Shown here in pieces: positions 1-11,494 of a DNA stretch of 64,000 nucleotides (position 1 is its first letter; each line of letters opens with the position of its first letter). A model generated the notes under the pieces. That model saw nothing but the letters and a program-made list of their open reading frames with translations. It did no database searches and was not told the DNA's origin. Source of the DNA: Centroscyllium fabricii. Its lineage: Eukaryota. The stretch covers positions 25,730,001 through 25,794,000 of the forward strand of contig JBNRSN020000009.1 in assembly GCA_051313645.2 (NCBI GenBank). Direction: 5' to 3'. Both the position numbers and the translations under genes were made by a program.

Positions 1-171
1 CATTTTGAATGGTCCCGAACGATTGATGCTTCGGCGAGCGCATGCGCAGACCATTCAAAATGGCCGCCGGCCTTTCGCGCATGCGCTCGCCGAAGCTTCA
101 ATCATTTGGAGTTTTCAAAAATTCGGCGCGGTCCTGGTCCCGACCGTGCCGGATTAACGGTGCTCAACCTG
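1..171. mobile_element. Right end of a Tigger-like MITE, same TIR family as 34481
   Basis: Ends CGGTGCTCAACCTG|TA; CpG-rich. Confidence 0.7.
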
Positions 172-180
172 TATCAATAA

Positions 181-1050
181 ATTGGTCAGGTTATCAGAAC
201 AGTGGCAAATGGAATTCAATCCAGAGAAGTGTGAGGTAATGCATTTAGGGAGGGCTAACATGGAAAGGGAATACACATTAAATGGTAGGACACGGAGTAG
301 TGTAGAGGAACAAAGGGACCTTGGAGTGCATGTCCACAGATCCCTGAAGGTAGCAGGCCAGGTAGATAAGGTGGTTAAGAAGGCAGACGGAATGCTTGCC
401 TTTATTAGCCGTGGCATAGAATACAAGAGCCAGGGGGGTTTATGCCTCTACTGTATAAAACACTAGTTAGGCCTCAGCTAGAGTACTGCGTGCGGTTCTG
501 GTCACCACATTACAGGAAAGATGTGATTGCACTAGAGGATACAGAGGAGGTTTACAAGGATGCTGCCGGGAGTAGAGAATCTTAGCTATGAGGGAATGCC
601 GGGAATTAGCTGCCGGGAATGGGGGGAAAGTCGTACGAGGAGAGGTTGAGGGAGCTGGGACTCTTCTCCCTGGAACGGAGAAGGAAGAGGGGGACTTAAT
701 AGAGATGTTTAAAATGATGAAGGGGATCGATAGAGTAAACGTGCAGAGACTGTTTCCCCGGGTGGGAAGAACGACAACAAGAGGGCACGAGCACAAGATT
801 TAAGGAGGAAGATTCAGAAGGGATGGCAGGGGCAAGTTCTTTACGCAGAGAGTGGTCGGGGAATGGAATAGGCTACCATCTGAAATAGTGGATGTGGACA
901 GTCTGGGTGCTTTTAAAAGGATGATAGATAGGTACATGGAAGGGAAGGAACAGTAGGGGGGACAGGAAAAATCAGAGACGGACTAAGCGCGGCACTACAT
1001 TGAGGGCCCAAGGGCCTGTACAGTGCTGTATGTTCTATGTTCTATGTTCT
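181..1050 (+). mobile_element. CR1 LINE 3' fragments
   Basis: WQMEFNPEKCEVMH..RDLGVHV; (TTCTATG)n tail. Confidence 0.85.
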
Positions 1051-2936
1051 AAGACTGGAGAGGCTGGGTCTGCTTTCCTTGGAACAGAGGAGGCTGAGGG
1101 GAGACCTTATACACCAATGAAACTATTAAACGGTCCAGTATAGCTTTGTTTTCAGTGATTTTAAATCAGGTAACTCACAAGTAGAGGGCTGGACACCCTT
1201 ATTGAAAATGCTTACTTTGGTGATAAATCCATTTTCAGCTGTACTAATAAATCTGCAGCAGGTTACCACTCTTAAATACATCAAGGAATACTTTTTAATG
1301 GAAATAAAATTACATTTTATTACGCTGCCTCATGGAAGATTTTACGTTTGTGATTATGCAAATGAACTTTGGCAGAAACTTGATGTGTAATCTAACCAGC
1401 GCAATTCCAAGCGCATTTTGGGCACAATTTCCCGATCGCGCCCAAAGCGGAAACCCTACCCAAGCAATGTTTCCTTTAAGCTGCGCATCGCTCCAGGTGT
1501 CCCGCGCAGCCAGTGAGCTGGCTTTTAAATTGAAAAAAAAACATGCGTGCACGGACTTTTGAATGGACCTGTTAAAAAGGGGCCCCCCAAATATTTACGG
1601 GAAACATTGACCCCCAAGATGTATAATTTTGGGGATGTTTTCAGACAGTGACTTTTCCCAGCCAAGTTTTCCTGATCATTAACAACTGCTTCAGATTCTA
1701 CAGTCTTCCCCTCTTGCTGACAAAATTACACAGTCCTTCAATTTAATCATAATATTTATATTGTTCCCTTTTCCCCACTGATCTGTGCTGCTTGTTGAAC
1801 CTTAGCCATGTAGTTTTCAACCACTGACACCATTCTGTGGCCAAATGCAAGAAGTCACACAACACCAGGTTACCTCACATCATTCTGTGGAACAATTCAC
1901 TTAAGTAAGAGGGAGTTACCATCATTTGTGTAAGATTTACATATCTAATTCTGAAGTTTCAAACACTGGGACCCACCCAGCATCAGAATGTTAAAACTAA
2001 GACACCGTTACTCCTTAGACTGGGTTCAAATGTAGCCCTGACTCATGTGGTAAAGGTCTCCTGTGTGTGGCTGCTACAAAAGTCCTTTTTAAAATGGGTT
2101 TGACTCGTCTCAATCCAGTTCCAACAACAACAACTTGTATTTATATAGCACCTTTAACATAGTAAAATGCCCCAAGGCGCTTCACAGGAGCGTTATAAAA
2201 CAAAATTTGACACCGAGCCACATGAGGAGAAATTAGGGCAGGCTTGGTCAAAGAGGTAGGTTTTCAGGAGCGTCTTCAAGGAGGAGAGAGAGGTAGAGAG
2301 GCGGAGAGGTTTAGGGAGGGAATTCCAGAGCTTCGTGCCTCAGCAGCTGAAGGCACGGCCACCAATGGTGGAGCGATTAAAATCAGGGAGGCCAGAATTA
2401 GAGGAGCGCAGATATAGAAACATAGAAGATAGGAGCAGGAGTAGGCCATTCGGCCCTTCGAGCCTGCTCCGCCATTCAATGAGATCATGGCTGATCATCC
2501 AAACCCAGCACCCCGCCCCTGCCCTCTCCCCATATCCCTCGATCCCTATATCTCGGGGGGGGGGTTGTCAGGCTGGAGGAGATTGCAGAGATAGGGAGGG
2601 GCAAGGCCATGGCGGGATTTGAAAACAAGTTCCAAGGGGGCCTAATAGGCAAACTTACTCAGAGGGCCACAGGATGGCTGATGTGGGAAGTGGAAATATT
2701 GGAAGAGTTGGAAGAGAATTCTCTTGTGAGATTCAAGTCGTGTTGAGAGCTTTACTTTGTATCTAATCAATGCTGTATCTGATCTGAGAGTACGTTACGC
2801 TGACCCCGACTACTCCCAGCGCTAGTAGCCCTCAATTTGATTAGCAAAAATTCACGAATATGTTTGGGGCCATAAATGACTTTAAAAGCCACAATACCTA
2901 CAGAACTGAGGTACTGTCCTAAGTAACACTATATAC

Positions 2937-3127
2937 CTCTTTCATCTGTAGCTGTCCATCTTGGTTGTAGTCAAGTAGGTTGAAGATTTCCTCCTTGCTG
3001 ATATCCATCTCATCGATGACCTCCTGCTGAAGGTCAGATGGCATGATCTGGCTCTCCTGGAGACCCTTCAACTTCGCGAGATGGATAACCAGTTTACATT
3101 CTTCCTCTGAAAGGAAGTTTGCGATTT
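2937..3127 (-). CDS. P4HTM: P4HTM coding exon 3 (191 bp), includes EF-hand loop
   Basis: EIANFLSEEECKLVIHLAKLKGLQESQI...LLDYNQDGQLQMKE. Acceptor cag ends at 3128 and donor gt starts at 2936. DYNQDGQLQMKE is a canonical 12-residue EF-hand loop. No further exon was recognised in 1-2936, so the gene continues left of the window. Confidence 0.93.
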
Positions 3128-3244
3128 CTGAGGGAAACATAATGGATGAGATACAAATAACTGGGAAGACAAAGGCTTACAATATACAGAAAAAATATTA
3201 GCAAACTACAACTATAATTGCCTATGTCTGATCATTTCTTAAGG

Positions 3245-3535
3245 ATGGTTAGCACTGTTGCCTCACAGCGCTGTGGGCCCGGGTTCAAATCCGGCCTCGG
3301 GTGACTATCTGTGTGGAGTTTGCACATTCTCCCCGTGTCTGCGTGGGTTTCCTCCGGGTGCTCCGGTTTCCTCCCACAGTCCAAAGATGTGCGGGTTAGG
3401 TTGATTGGCCAGGATAAATTGACCCTTAGCGTTAGGGCGATTGAATATGTGGGGTTATGGGGATAGGGTGGGATATGTGTCGGTGCAGGCTCGATGGGCC
3501 GAAATGGCCTCTATCTGCGCTGTAGGGATTCTATG
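3245..3535 (+). mobile_element. V-SINE (HE1-like)
   Basis: tRNA-like head with GGTTCAAATCC B box and V-domain GGGTTTCCTCCGGGTGCTCCGGTTTCCTCCCACA. Confidence 0.82.
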
Positions 3536-4054
3536 ATGTCAGTTCAAATGCTACTTCAGAGACCTGAACCCATAATTTAGGCTGACACTTCAAAGCAATA
3601 CTGAGCACATTACAGCAATGACTACACACGGCTGTCAAACACTTTGGGATGTCCTGAGGATGTGAACGGTGCTATATAAATGCAATTCTTTGTACTCTAT
3701 GGCCCAAATTCTATGGCCTTTTTATGCATTATTTACCAAGACTCACATATTCATGGAATTATATATTTGAACCCCCTACGTGTCTCGGATCCTCCACACC
3801 CTCCAGTGCCTTTCCATTAAGTGTATACTCCATTTCCTTGTTTCCCCACCCCCCCCTAAAATGTACTACCTCACACATATTCACATTAAATTACATTTCC
3901 TATTGTTTTCTTATTCAGCTAACCTGTCTGGGTCTTCATGGAGGTCTTTTACAGTCCCCACACTGTTTGCCAAACTTTGTATTTTTGTATCGTCAGCAAA
4001 TTTTAAGATGGTGTTCCCTGCATTCAAGCCCAAATCATCCATATGGAGAATAAA

Positions 4055-4605
4055 ATATAACACCGAGGCAATGCTGAAGGCGGCACACCAGCGTCTCTAC
4101 CCTCTACGGTGCCTGAGGAAATGCGGCATAAGCACACAATGGCTTGTGAACTTTTACCGCGGCGCCATAGAGAGCGTCCTGACGGGTGGTGTCACTGTGT
4201 GGTGACTGCTCAGGACAGGAAAGCCATTCAGAGGGTCGTGAGGACGGCTGAAAAGATCACCGGGCGTGCACTTCCGTCCATCGAGGAGATCTTCCAGACC
4301 AGGTGTCGGAACAAGGCCCGCTCCATCATCAAGGACCCCAATCACCCTGGGCACGATCTGTTCTCCCTCCTGCGCTCCGGCCGTCGGTACCGCAGCATCC
4401 GAACCAGGACCAGCAGGTTCAAGAACAGTTTCTACCCACCGGTGTCTGCTGAATTGCTAACCGTACTTGTTTGCTTATTATTTTTTATATTTATACTTGT
4501 TTTTTTTTATTACTTTCGCTTTTTATACTTATATTGTGGGAGTGAGTGGGGAGTAAGCATTCCATTGTACCAGTTACATATGGCAATAAAATTATCTTGA
4601 ATCTT
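4055..4605 (+). mobile_element. Rex1/Babar LINE 3' fragment
   Basis: KAAHQRLYPLR..FYRGAIESVLT..SGRRYRSIRTRTSRFKNSFYP. Confidence 0.8.
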
Positions 4606-5015
4606 AAAAGTGGTCCACGCACTGACCCCTGGGGTAGACCACTTAAAACCCTTCTCCAGTCTGAGCAATACCCATTTACCCAAGCTCTTGGTTTCTTGTC
4701 TGTTAATCAATTTTCTAGCAATGCCAGTACACTTCCTCCTGTGCAACATGTTGGACTTTTTCCAACAAACTTCTTGCGAAACACCTTCTGGAACATCATC
4801 TGAAAATCTGTATACATTACATCCTTTTATCAGAAATAAAAATAGAAAATGCTGGAAATGCTCAGCAGGTCAGGCAGCATTTGTGGAGAGAGAAACAGAG
4901 TTAACGCTTAAGTTCGATGACCTTTCGTCAGATCTGGAAAATGTTGGAGATGTAAGAGGTTTTTAAGCAAGTGTAGGGCAGGGAAATCCCGTCGGAGAGA
5001 AGAGCAGAACTTCAA

Positions 5016-5328
5016 GGTGGACAAATGTAAGAAGTCACAACACCAGGTTATAGTCCAACAGCTTTATTTGAAATCACAAGCTGTCGGAGCGCTGCTCCTT
5101 CGTCCGGTGAAGTGATGCATACAGGCACAGCATATATAGTCAGGTATAGTCAGACTTTTCTGACTATATATGCTGTGCCTATATGCATCTCTTCACCTCA
5201 CCTGAGGAAGGAGCAGCGCTCCGAAAGCTTGTGATTTCTAATAAAACTGTTGGACTATAACCTGGTGTTGTGTGACTTCTTGCATTTGTCCACCCCAGTC
5301 CAACACCGGCACCTCCACATCATGGCTT
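5016..5328. mobile_element. Penelope-like inverted-repeat (hairpin) element, nested in a second inverted-repeat family (4836-4935 / 5385-5490)
   Basis: Arms AAGAAGTCAC...ACCAGGTTATAGTCCAACAG and their reverse complement; carries a hammerhead motif. Confidence 0.7.
5198..5234 (+). ncRNA. Minimal type I hammerhead ribozyme motif
   Basis: TCAC-CTGAGGA-A-GGAGC-AGC-GCTCC-GAAA-GC-TT-GTGA: stem I TCAC/GTGA, stem II GGAGC/GCTCC, palindromic AGCT in place of stem III. Confidence 0.6.
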
Positions 5329-5664
5329 CTTCAAGGTGGGAATTCTTAGAAGATCCATAGAAGAGAACTGACAGTGAATGGGGCAGGTCGATGATCGGCC
5401 TGAAACATCAACTCTGTTTCTCTCCACAGATGCTGCCTGACGTGCTGAGAATTTCCAGCATTTTCTGTTTATATTTCAGATTTCCAGCATCCACAGTCTT
5501 TATTAAACGGCTCAGCTAGACTGGAATTTAGTCGTGTAAATGCAGGGTGATGGCTTACAGTTGCTAGTCTACCAGAATCTGAACTAAATGTATGCCAATA
5601 TTAAAGCACTCACTGTTTCATTGCCAACTTCAAGATTACTAGTTGAGCATTCAGCAAAGCAAAT

Positions 5665-6047
5665 GGCTAGTCAAAACTGCCCAACGAATCACCGGCACCC
5701 AGCTACCGTCAATTGAATGCACCTACCTCAAACGTTGCCTCCGGAGGTCTCTGAACATTATTAAAGACCCCACACACCCCAGCCACAGTCTGTTCGCCCC
5801 CCTGCCCTCCGGGAGACGCTACAGAGCAATTCGCACCCGCACGACCAGATTCAAGAACAGCTTCTTCCCCAGGGCTGTCAGCCTCCTGAACTCTAACAAA
5901 AAACTCCAGTATCTGCACACCTGAAATGTACTTTACTGTATGCAATTGTATGTAATTTATTTGCACTACTCTCGGGAGCGGCGAGTCTTCGTCTCGTTGC
6001 ATTGCACTTGTACTCTGCAATGACAATAAAACTTGAATTGAATTGAA
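5665..6047 (+). mobile_element. Rex1/Babar LINE 3' fragment
   Basis: LPSGRRYRAIRTRTTRFKNSFFP; AATAAA and (TTGAA)n tail. Confidence 0.8.
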
Positions 6048-7629
6048 TTCTTTCCCTGACACAGGTCTCTAGCAAAAAATTGAAAGGATTTGTGTCATGA
6101 AATTTTAAACAGTTTCTCTTTTAAAAGCTGGCATCATTAAATGCTATTTCAACCAAATAATTACAGCACTGTGGATCATTCCTACAAATAACATCATTGG
6201 TTACATGGCAATGCCTTCAAACAGAACTGTTACATTAATGTAGGAAAACTGGCGCCTAGCACATCTTTAAGAACGGGAAAGAAAGCAGCTAATTGGTGAC
6301 AGCTCTTATAAAATGACGCGTTGCTCGAGTGTAAACTCCCGATTTCCATTATAATTTAAAAATAATGGAAACCTAACTTTCTCAATCACTCATTTTCAGA
6401 ATTCATTCCGGAGTTTTCAGCGTGGGCCCCTTTTGTTCGACAGTCGTTAGCAGCGGGGGAGAGTCCCTCAATTGCTGTCGTCAAAAAATTAAAATGACTA
6501 AAGAGTTTTTCACTGCCATGCTTGTTTTCCTTGGCAAACGCCAGCCTGGTTAGAAAGTGGAATTTGTACTTTCCGGAAGAAATGTTGTTGCTTCCGTGGA
6601 GAAGAACAAAACACATAAATACATTGTGTTTAGTTATTCAACTATCACAATAAAGCCATCATTACAGAAAGCGAACTGCACCAGCAAGCAAGCAAACTTT
6701 TAATATCCAAATTAACGTTCGTCTGAATATTTAATTGGAATTCGGTTCATTTGTAAATATTTGACTACAGACCAACTCCATCAAGGATTTTAAGTAACGG
6801 GGCAAACTGGTTTGCATCAAAACAGTAAAAGAAAGGTTTATAATTATAAATACATTATCCAGCTAGCTAGAAAGTCAAGGCTCCTTCCAATCCAGAGGAC
6901 ATGACGAAGGTTCTTTCAAACACGATATTTAAAATACTAAATTCATGCAGGATTGGGCTGGTTTTGCTGCAAATATTAACTTTATTTTTAAAACAGTCCG
7001 ACTGGTATCAAGGCAATTTCAATAACATTTGAACGCAGATCTTTACAACACCAACATTGCCAGCTTGCGTTTTCGCATCGACAAAAATGCACTGGGAATA
7101 TGTGGTTACTCTGTAATAAATCCCAACTAGACCACATTTAAAAAAACAACGTTAATTGGTTGCAGGAATTCCAATTTACACGATACACATCATTTGCCAA
7201 TATAATTAACGTTAAATGTGTCGTTGGAGCAGCTTGCAGAGGGGGGCTGTTCATTTGGTAATGACAATTAATGATTTATGTCAAAATAATCGAGGAAATC
7301 GCAGTCTACGGTGACAAAGTACAGAATAAAACTTTTCAGCCTTTGGAATACAAGTTATTTTATTGGGGGTGTTTTCGTTTCTGCAATGCTTTTGTTAGTT
7401 GCAGAATTGAGAGTTCTCCATATAACCCCCTCACCACCCCCACCCACCCAAAAAAAAATCTGGATCTATGGCTCATGGTCACGGTGAAATCTAACGTTCT
7501 CAAAACAATTTCAAATGTTGACGAAACGTCCAGTTTTCTGCGGCACCGACACGTGTTGGTCTTATTTGTAAACAGATCAACCGCAAAGCCGAATGGAGCC
7601 TGCGAGTCACCAATTGCCTGACTTGCAAC

Positions 7630-7927
7630 CAGGGCCGGCTCAAGGTATTTGGGGGCCCCAAACAAGGTATTTTGGGGGCCCTTTCTGTTTGTGTCTGTAG
7701 ATATGTGTGCACAAGCACAAGGGGGGCTTCTTCTGCCGGCACTAAAACCTACTGTACCCAGTATATAATTATGTACCAGTACATTGTGCACAATATTGTG
7801 CAGGGGCAATGTATGTCTATCATGGGCTATAATTTAAGAATGAAAACACTTAGGCCTATGAGGGGCCCTCTCAAATCGGGGGCCCTAAACAAATGTTTAC
7901 ATCGTTTATATGGTAGGGCCGGCCCTG
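7630..7927. mobile_element. hAT MITE
   Basis: TIR CAGGGCCGGC/GCCGGCCCTG; perfect 8-bp TSD CTTGCAAC. Confidence 0.88.
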
Positions 7928-8077
7928 CTTGCAACACACATTCAAAACTTCAAAGAAAACGAGCAATCTCGCCACACCTGCCTTGGGGAAAAACAAGTCA
8001 GAAAGCGGAAAGGTGCAACACTGTAACTGGGATTGCAACATGCCTTAACCCAAGCTTGATTTGAATTGAATTGAATT

Positions 8078-8240
8078 GAGGTGCCGATGTTGGACTGGGG
8101 TGGACAAATGCAAGAAGTCACACAACACCAGGTTATAGTCCAACAGTTTTATTAGAAATCACAAGCTTTCGGCTTCGAAAGCTTGTGATTTCTAATAAAA
8201 CTGTTGGACTATAACCTGGTGTTGTGTGACTTCTTGCATT
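8078..8240. mobile_element. Penelope-like hairpin, short version
   Basis: About 63-bp perfect inverted arms around a short loop at about 8170-8177. Confidence 0.7.
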
Positions 8241-8617
8241 AACCCAAGTTTAGTATTTGTGTGGTTCAATAAACACGCCTCCGTTTATGTAATTTGATGT
8301 CTTTCCAACACAAACAGGTTTGCAGATGTAACATTTCACTGCCGGGTAATTACCGAGCAGTGTGTGGAGGGGCCGAGACAAGGGTCAGTCTCCGACATGA
8401 GGAAACCTGATGGAATAATTGGAAAGGCATGTACAATAGCCAGCCCCCCCCCTCCCCCCTCTCCCCCTCCCCCTCCTGTTCTCATTAAGGTACCTGCTGG
8501 TCCCAGCTTCGGCCCCCTGGAAAAACTCCAAACAAGAAGAGCAATTCGTATAAATCAAACTATGGCATTGTCCTTACTCGACCTAATGAGCAAGGGATTA
8601 GGCAGAGTCTCTCTGCC

Positions 8618-8625
8618 TATAAAAA
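8618..8625 (+). promoter_or_regulatory. TATA box of Crescent
   Basis: cTATAAAAAgggg, 125 bp upstream of the ATG in unique sequence. Confidence 0.7.
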
Positions 8626-8742
8626 GGGGCCAATGGAAACTTGGGAATAGCCAACACAACACTGGGGCCAGAATACTGAGATCCGCTTGATATTTGTTTT
8701 TGGTCTCATTTAAGTCACACAGAACCCAAAAAAAGAGCTAAG

Positions 8743-9059
8743 ATGGGCTTCGGGGCAATTGGAAGTGCCCTCACACGCCAGAGCCTGTGGTTGGTTGTCG
8801 CCTCCTTGCTGCCCCTGGCTTCTGGCGGGTTGTTGGTCCACCTGGGCAGTTCCAGCCGGTGCCTGGCCATTCCCAAGGCCATGGCCCTGTGCTACGACAT
8901 TGGCTACGCCGAGATGAGAATCCCCAACCTCCTGGAGCATGAGACGGTGGCCGAGGTTATTCAGCAGTCGTCCAGCTGGTTGCCCTTGCTGGCCCGAGAG
9001 TGTCACCCAGACGCCAGGGTCTTCCTCTGCGCTCTGATCGCACCCGTCTGCTTGGACAG
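8743..9059 (+). CDS. frzb2: Crescent (secreted Frizzled-related protein, sizzled/crescent group) exon 1: signal peptide and first half of the CRD
   Basis: Hydrophobic leader followed by CLAIPKAMALCYDIGYAEMRIPNLLEHETVAEVIQQSSSWLPLLARECHPDARVFLCALIAPVCLD, close to amphibian Crescent as I recall it. Donor AG|GTAAG at 9059/9060. Confidence 0.9.
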
Positions 9060-9227
9060 GTAAGGAGCGTGTTCAGCCAACTCACAGACACACGTAGCCA
9101 GACGCAACAGCCCGGGGGGAAAAGTTTCAGCATATCTTAAATCAGAAAGGAACATTCAATCTCAGATGGAAACGGACGTGTAACAGTTGCTTTGTGAAAT
9201 GCTTTGAGTTCGGTTCAGCTGCTGCAA

Positions 9228-9790
9228 TATATAAGATTGTGAGAGGGCTTGATCAGGTGGATGCGGTGAGGATGTTCCCAATGGTGGGTGAGACTAGGAC
9301 TAGGGGGCATAATCTTAAAATAAGGGGCTCCCATTTCAAAACTGAGATGAGGGGGAACTTCTTTACTCAGAGGGTGGTGCGGCTGTGGAATTTGCTGCCC
9401 CAGAGAGCTGTGGAAGCTACTACGTTGAATAAATTTAAAACTGAGATAGACAGTTTCCTGGAATTAAAGGGAATTAGGGGTTATGGTGAACGGGCTGGTA
9501 AGTGGACGTGAGGCTAGGTTCAGATCGGCCATGTGATCTCCTGGACCAGTTTTCGATCGCCTAGATGGGTCGGAGAGGAATTTTCCTGATTTTATTTTCT
9601 CCAAAATTGGCTACTGGTTTTTTAAATCTGGTTTTTCACCTCTCCCAGGTGATCACATTGGTCTGGGCGGGGTGGAGAGTAAAAATAAAATTGAGGTTAG
9701 GATCAGATCAGCCATGATCTTGTTGAATGGCGGAGCAGGCTCGAGGGGCCGATTGGCCTACTCCTGCTCCTATTTCTTATGTTCTTAAAC
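9228..9790 (+). mobile_element. CR1 LINE 3' end
   Basis: TRGHNLK...FFTQRVVRLWNLLP followed by 3'UTR; an inverted sister copy lies at 38873-39370. Confidence 0.85.
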
Positions 9791-11084
9791 TGACATATTT
9801 TGTCAATTCACGAATTGGGAATCCGTTTCAACATTAGTCCAATGCGAGTTTTGTGTGTGTGATAAAAGTCCATTTTTGTTTTAAAGGGCTGGCTGGTCTA
9901 AAATCGCCGAATTATTTTAATTTCTGAAAGGGAGCGTGAAATGTGATTATTCCAGTTTACAGGATCGATGCCTCCAGTTTACGCGACCCGACAGTTTTCA
10001 GTTGATTTTTTTTAATTTCCAACAGTTCCCACTGTATTTTGGGAACACGTGTTTCCACCTCTTCCAACATCCTTGGTCCAATCGAGTCTGCGCGGCCTCC
10101 AGCCACCAGCAACATTCCGGTACCTCACCCGGGGGGGGGGCTCGTCTTTCCTGTGGGAGAATGTTGAAGTTCCCAGTCCTCCTTGGACATCTCCAGTCAT
10201 ACATTTTCCAATGAGGACTCACCGAGCCGAGAGCAGGAACAGTAACCCGGTCTGATTTTTGCCCTTTGCTAGCACCCCAAGCACCAGTCCCAACTCACCC
10301 ATGGGATGCTGCACAACAGCTCATGGGTCCATCTGCAGATTTCTAAAATTCTAAATGGATTTCAGTGTCTAAAATATTCACACACACACTTGAAAGCTCA
10401 TTAATCCCAGTAACATCAGTTACATTTACACAGCATGGATTTTTTTTATTAAGCTGGCTTATATGCTCCCAGAGCTAATGAACTGGATCACACAGTATTT
10501 ATCATCCCGAGTGTCTGACCTATTTTGTTGTGATTGAATATTGATTTGCTCTGGCAAAGTCAACATGGCCATTGGCCTTCTGTCTGACTGCCTTGCCCGT
10601 CTGACATCAAGCTCTGCCAGAGTGGAAATTTCCGACAGCTCAACGCTAGCATACTGAAGCCACCCTCTTGGGTTGACGCCTGTATGGATTTGCTTCAACT
10701 CCACCCCCCTGCTCATTTAGGCTGAGCCAGGTGGTGCAGAGCTTTGGTGTTCTGCCTGTCAGTACACAGCCAGTCAGCCACAAACTCTCTTTTTCACATC
10801 TGTGACAATGCTCACTTAGAATCATAGAATACTACAGCACAGAAGGAGGCCATTGGGCCCATTGAGTCTGTGCCGGCTCTTTCGAAGAGCAATCCTGAAA
10901 TTTCAATTTCAATTTAAAAACTTTATTGGCATGACAGGATACATCCCTATGTTGCCAAAGTATAAAACATAACATGACAGTCCCACTCCCTTGCTCTTTC
11001 CCCAAATCCCTGCAATATTTTCTCCTTCAAGTATTTCTCCAATTCTCTTCTGAAGGCTACGATTGAATCTGTATCCACCGCCCT

Positions 11085-11494
11085 GGGCGGCACGGTGGCA
11101 TAGTGGTTAGCACTGTTGCCTCACAGCACTGGAGACCCGGGTTCAAATCCAGCCTCGGGTACTATCTGTGTGGAGTTTGCACATTCTCCCCGTGTCTGCG
11201 TGGGTTTCCTCCGGGTGCTCCGGTTTCCTCCCACAGTCCAAAGATGTGCGGGTTAGGTTGATTGGCCAGGATAAATTGACCCTTAGTGTTAGGGGGATTG
11301 AATATGTGGGGTTACGGGGATAGGGTGGGATTACGGGGATAGGGTGGGATATGTGTCGGTGCAGGCTCGATAGGGATATGGGGGGAGGTCAGGGGCAGGG
11401 TGCTAAGTTTGGATGATCAGGCATGATCTCATTGAATGGCGGAGCAGGCTCGAAGGGCCGAATGGCCTACTCCTGCTCCTAGTTTCTATGTTTC
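11085..11494 (+). mobile_element. V-SINE (HE1-like), full length
   Basis: A/B boxes, V-domain, CR1-derived tail. Confidence 0.85.

Noticed and set aside
8078-8240. Perfect hairpin as a pre-miRNA gene
   Set aside because: Member of a repeat family with four or more copies in the window; no support for a miRNA without small-RNA data.
11085-11160. tRNA-like sequences with A/B boxes (also 3245, 15638, 18325-18398, 31298)
   Set aside because: These are heads of tRNA-derived SINEs continuing into V-domain and LINE tails, not tRNA genes.
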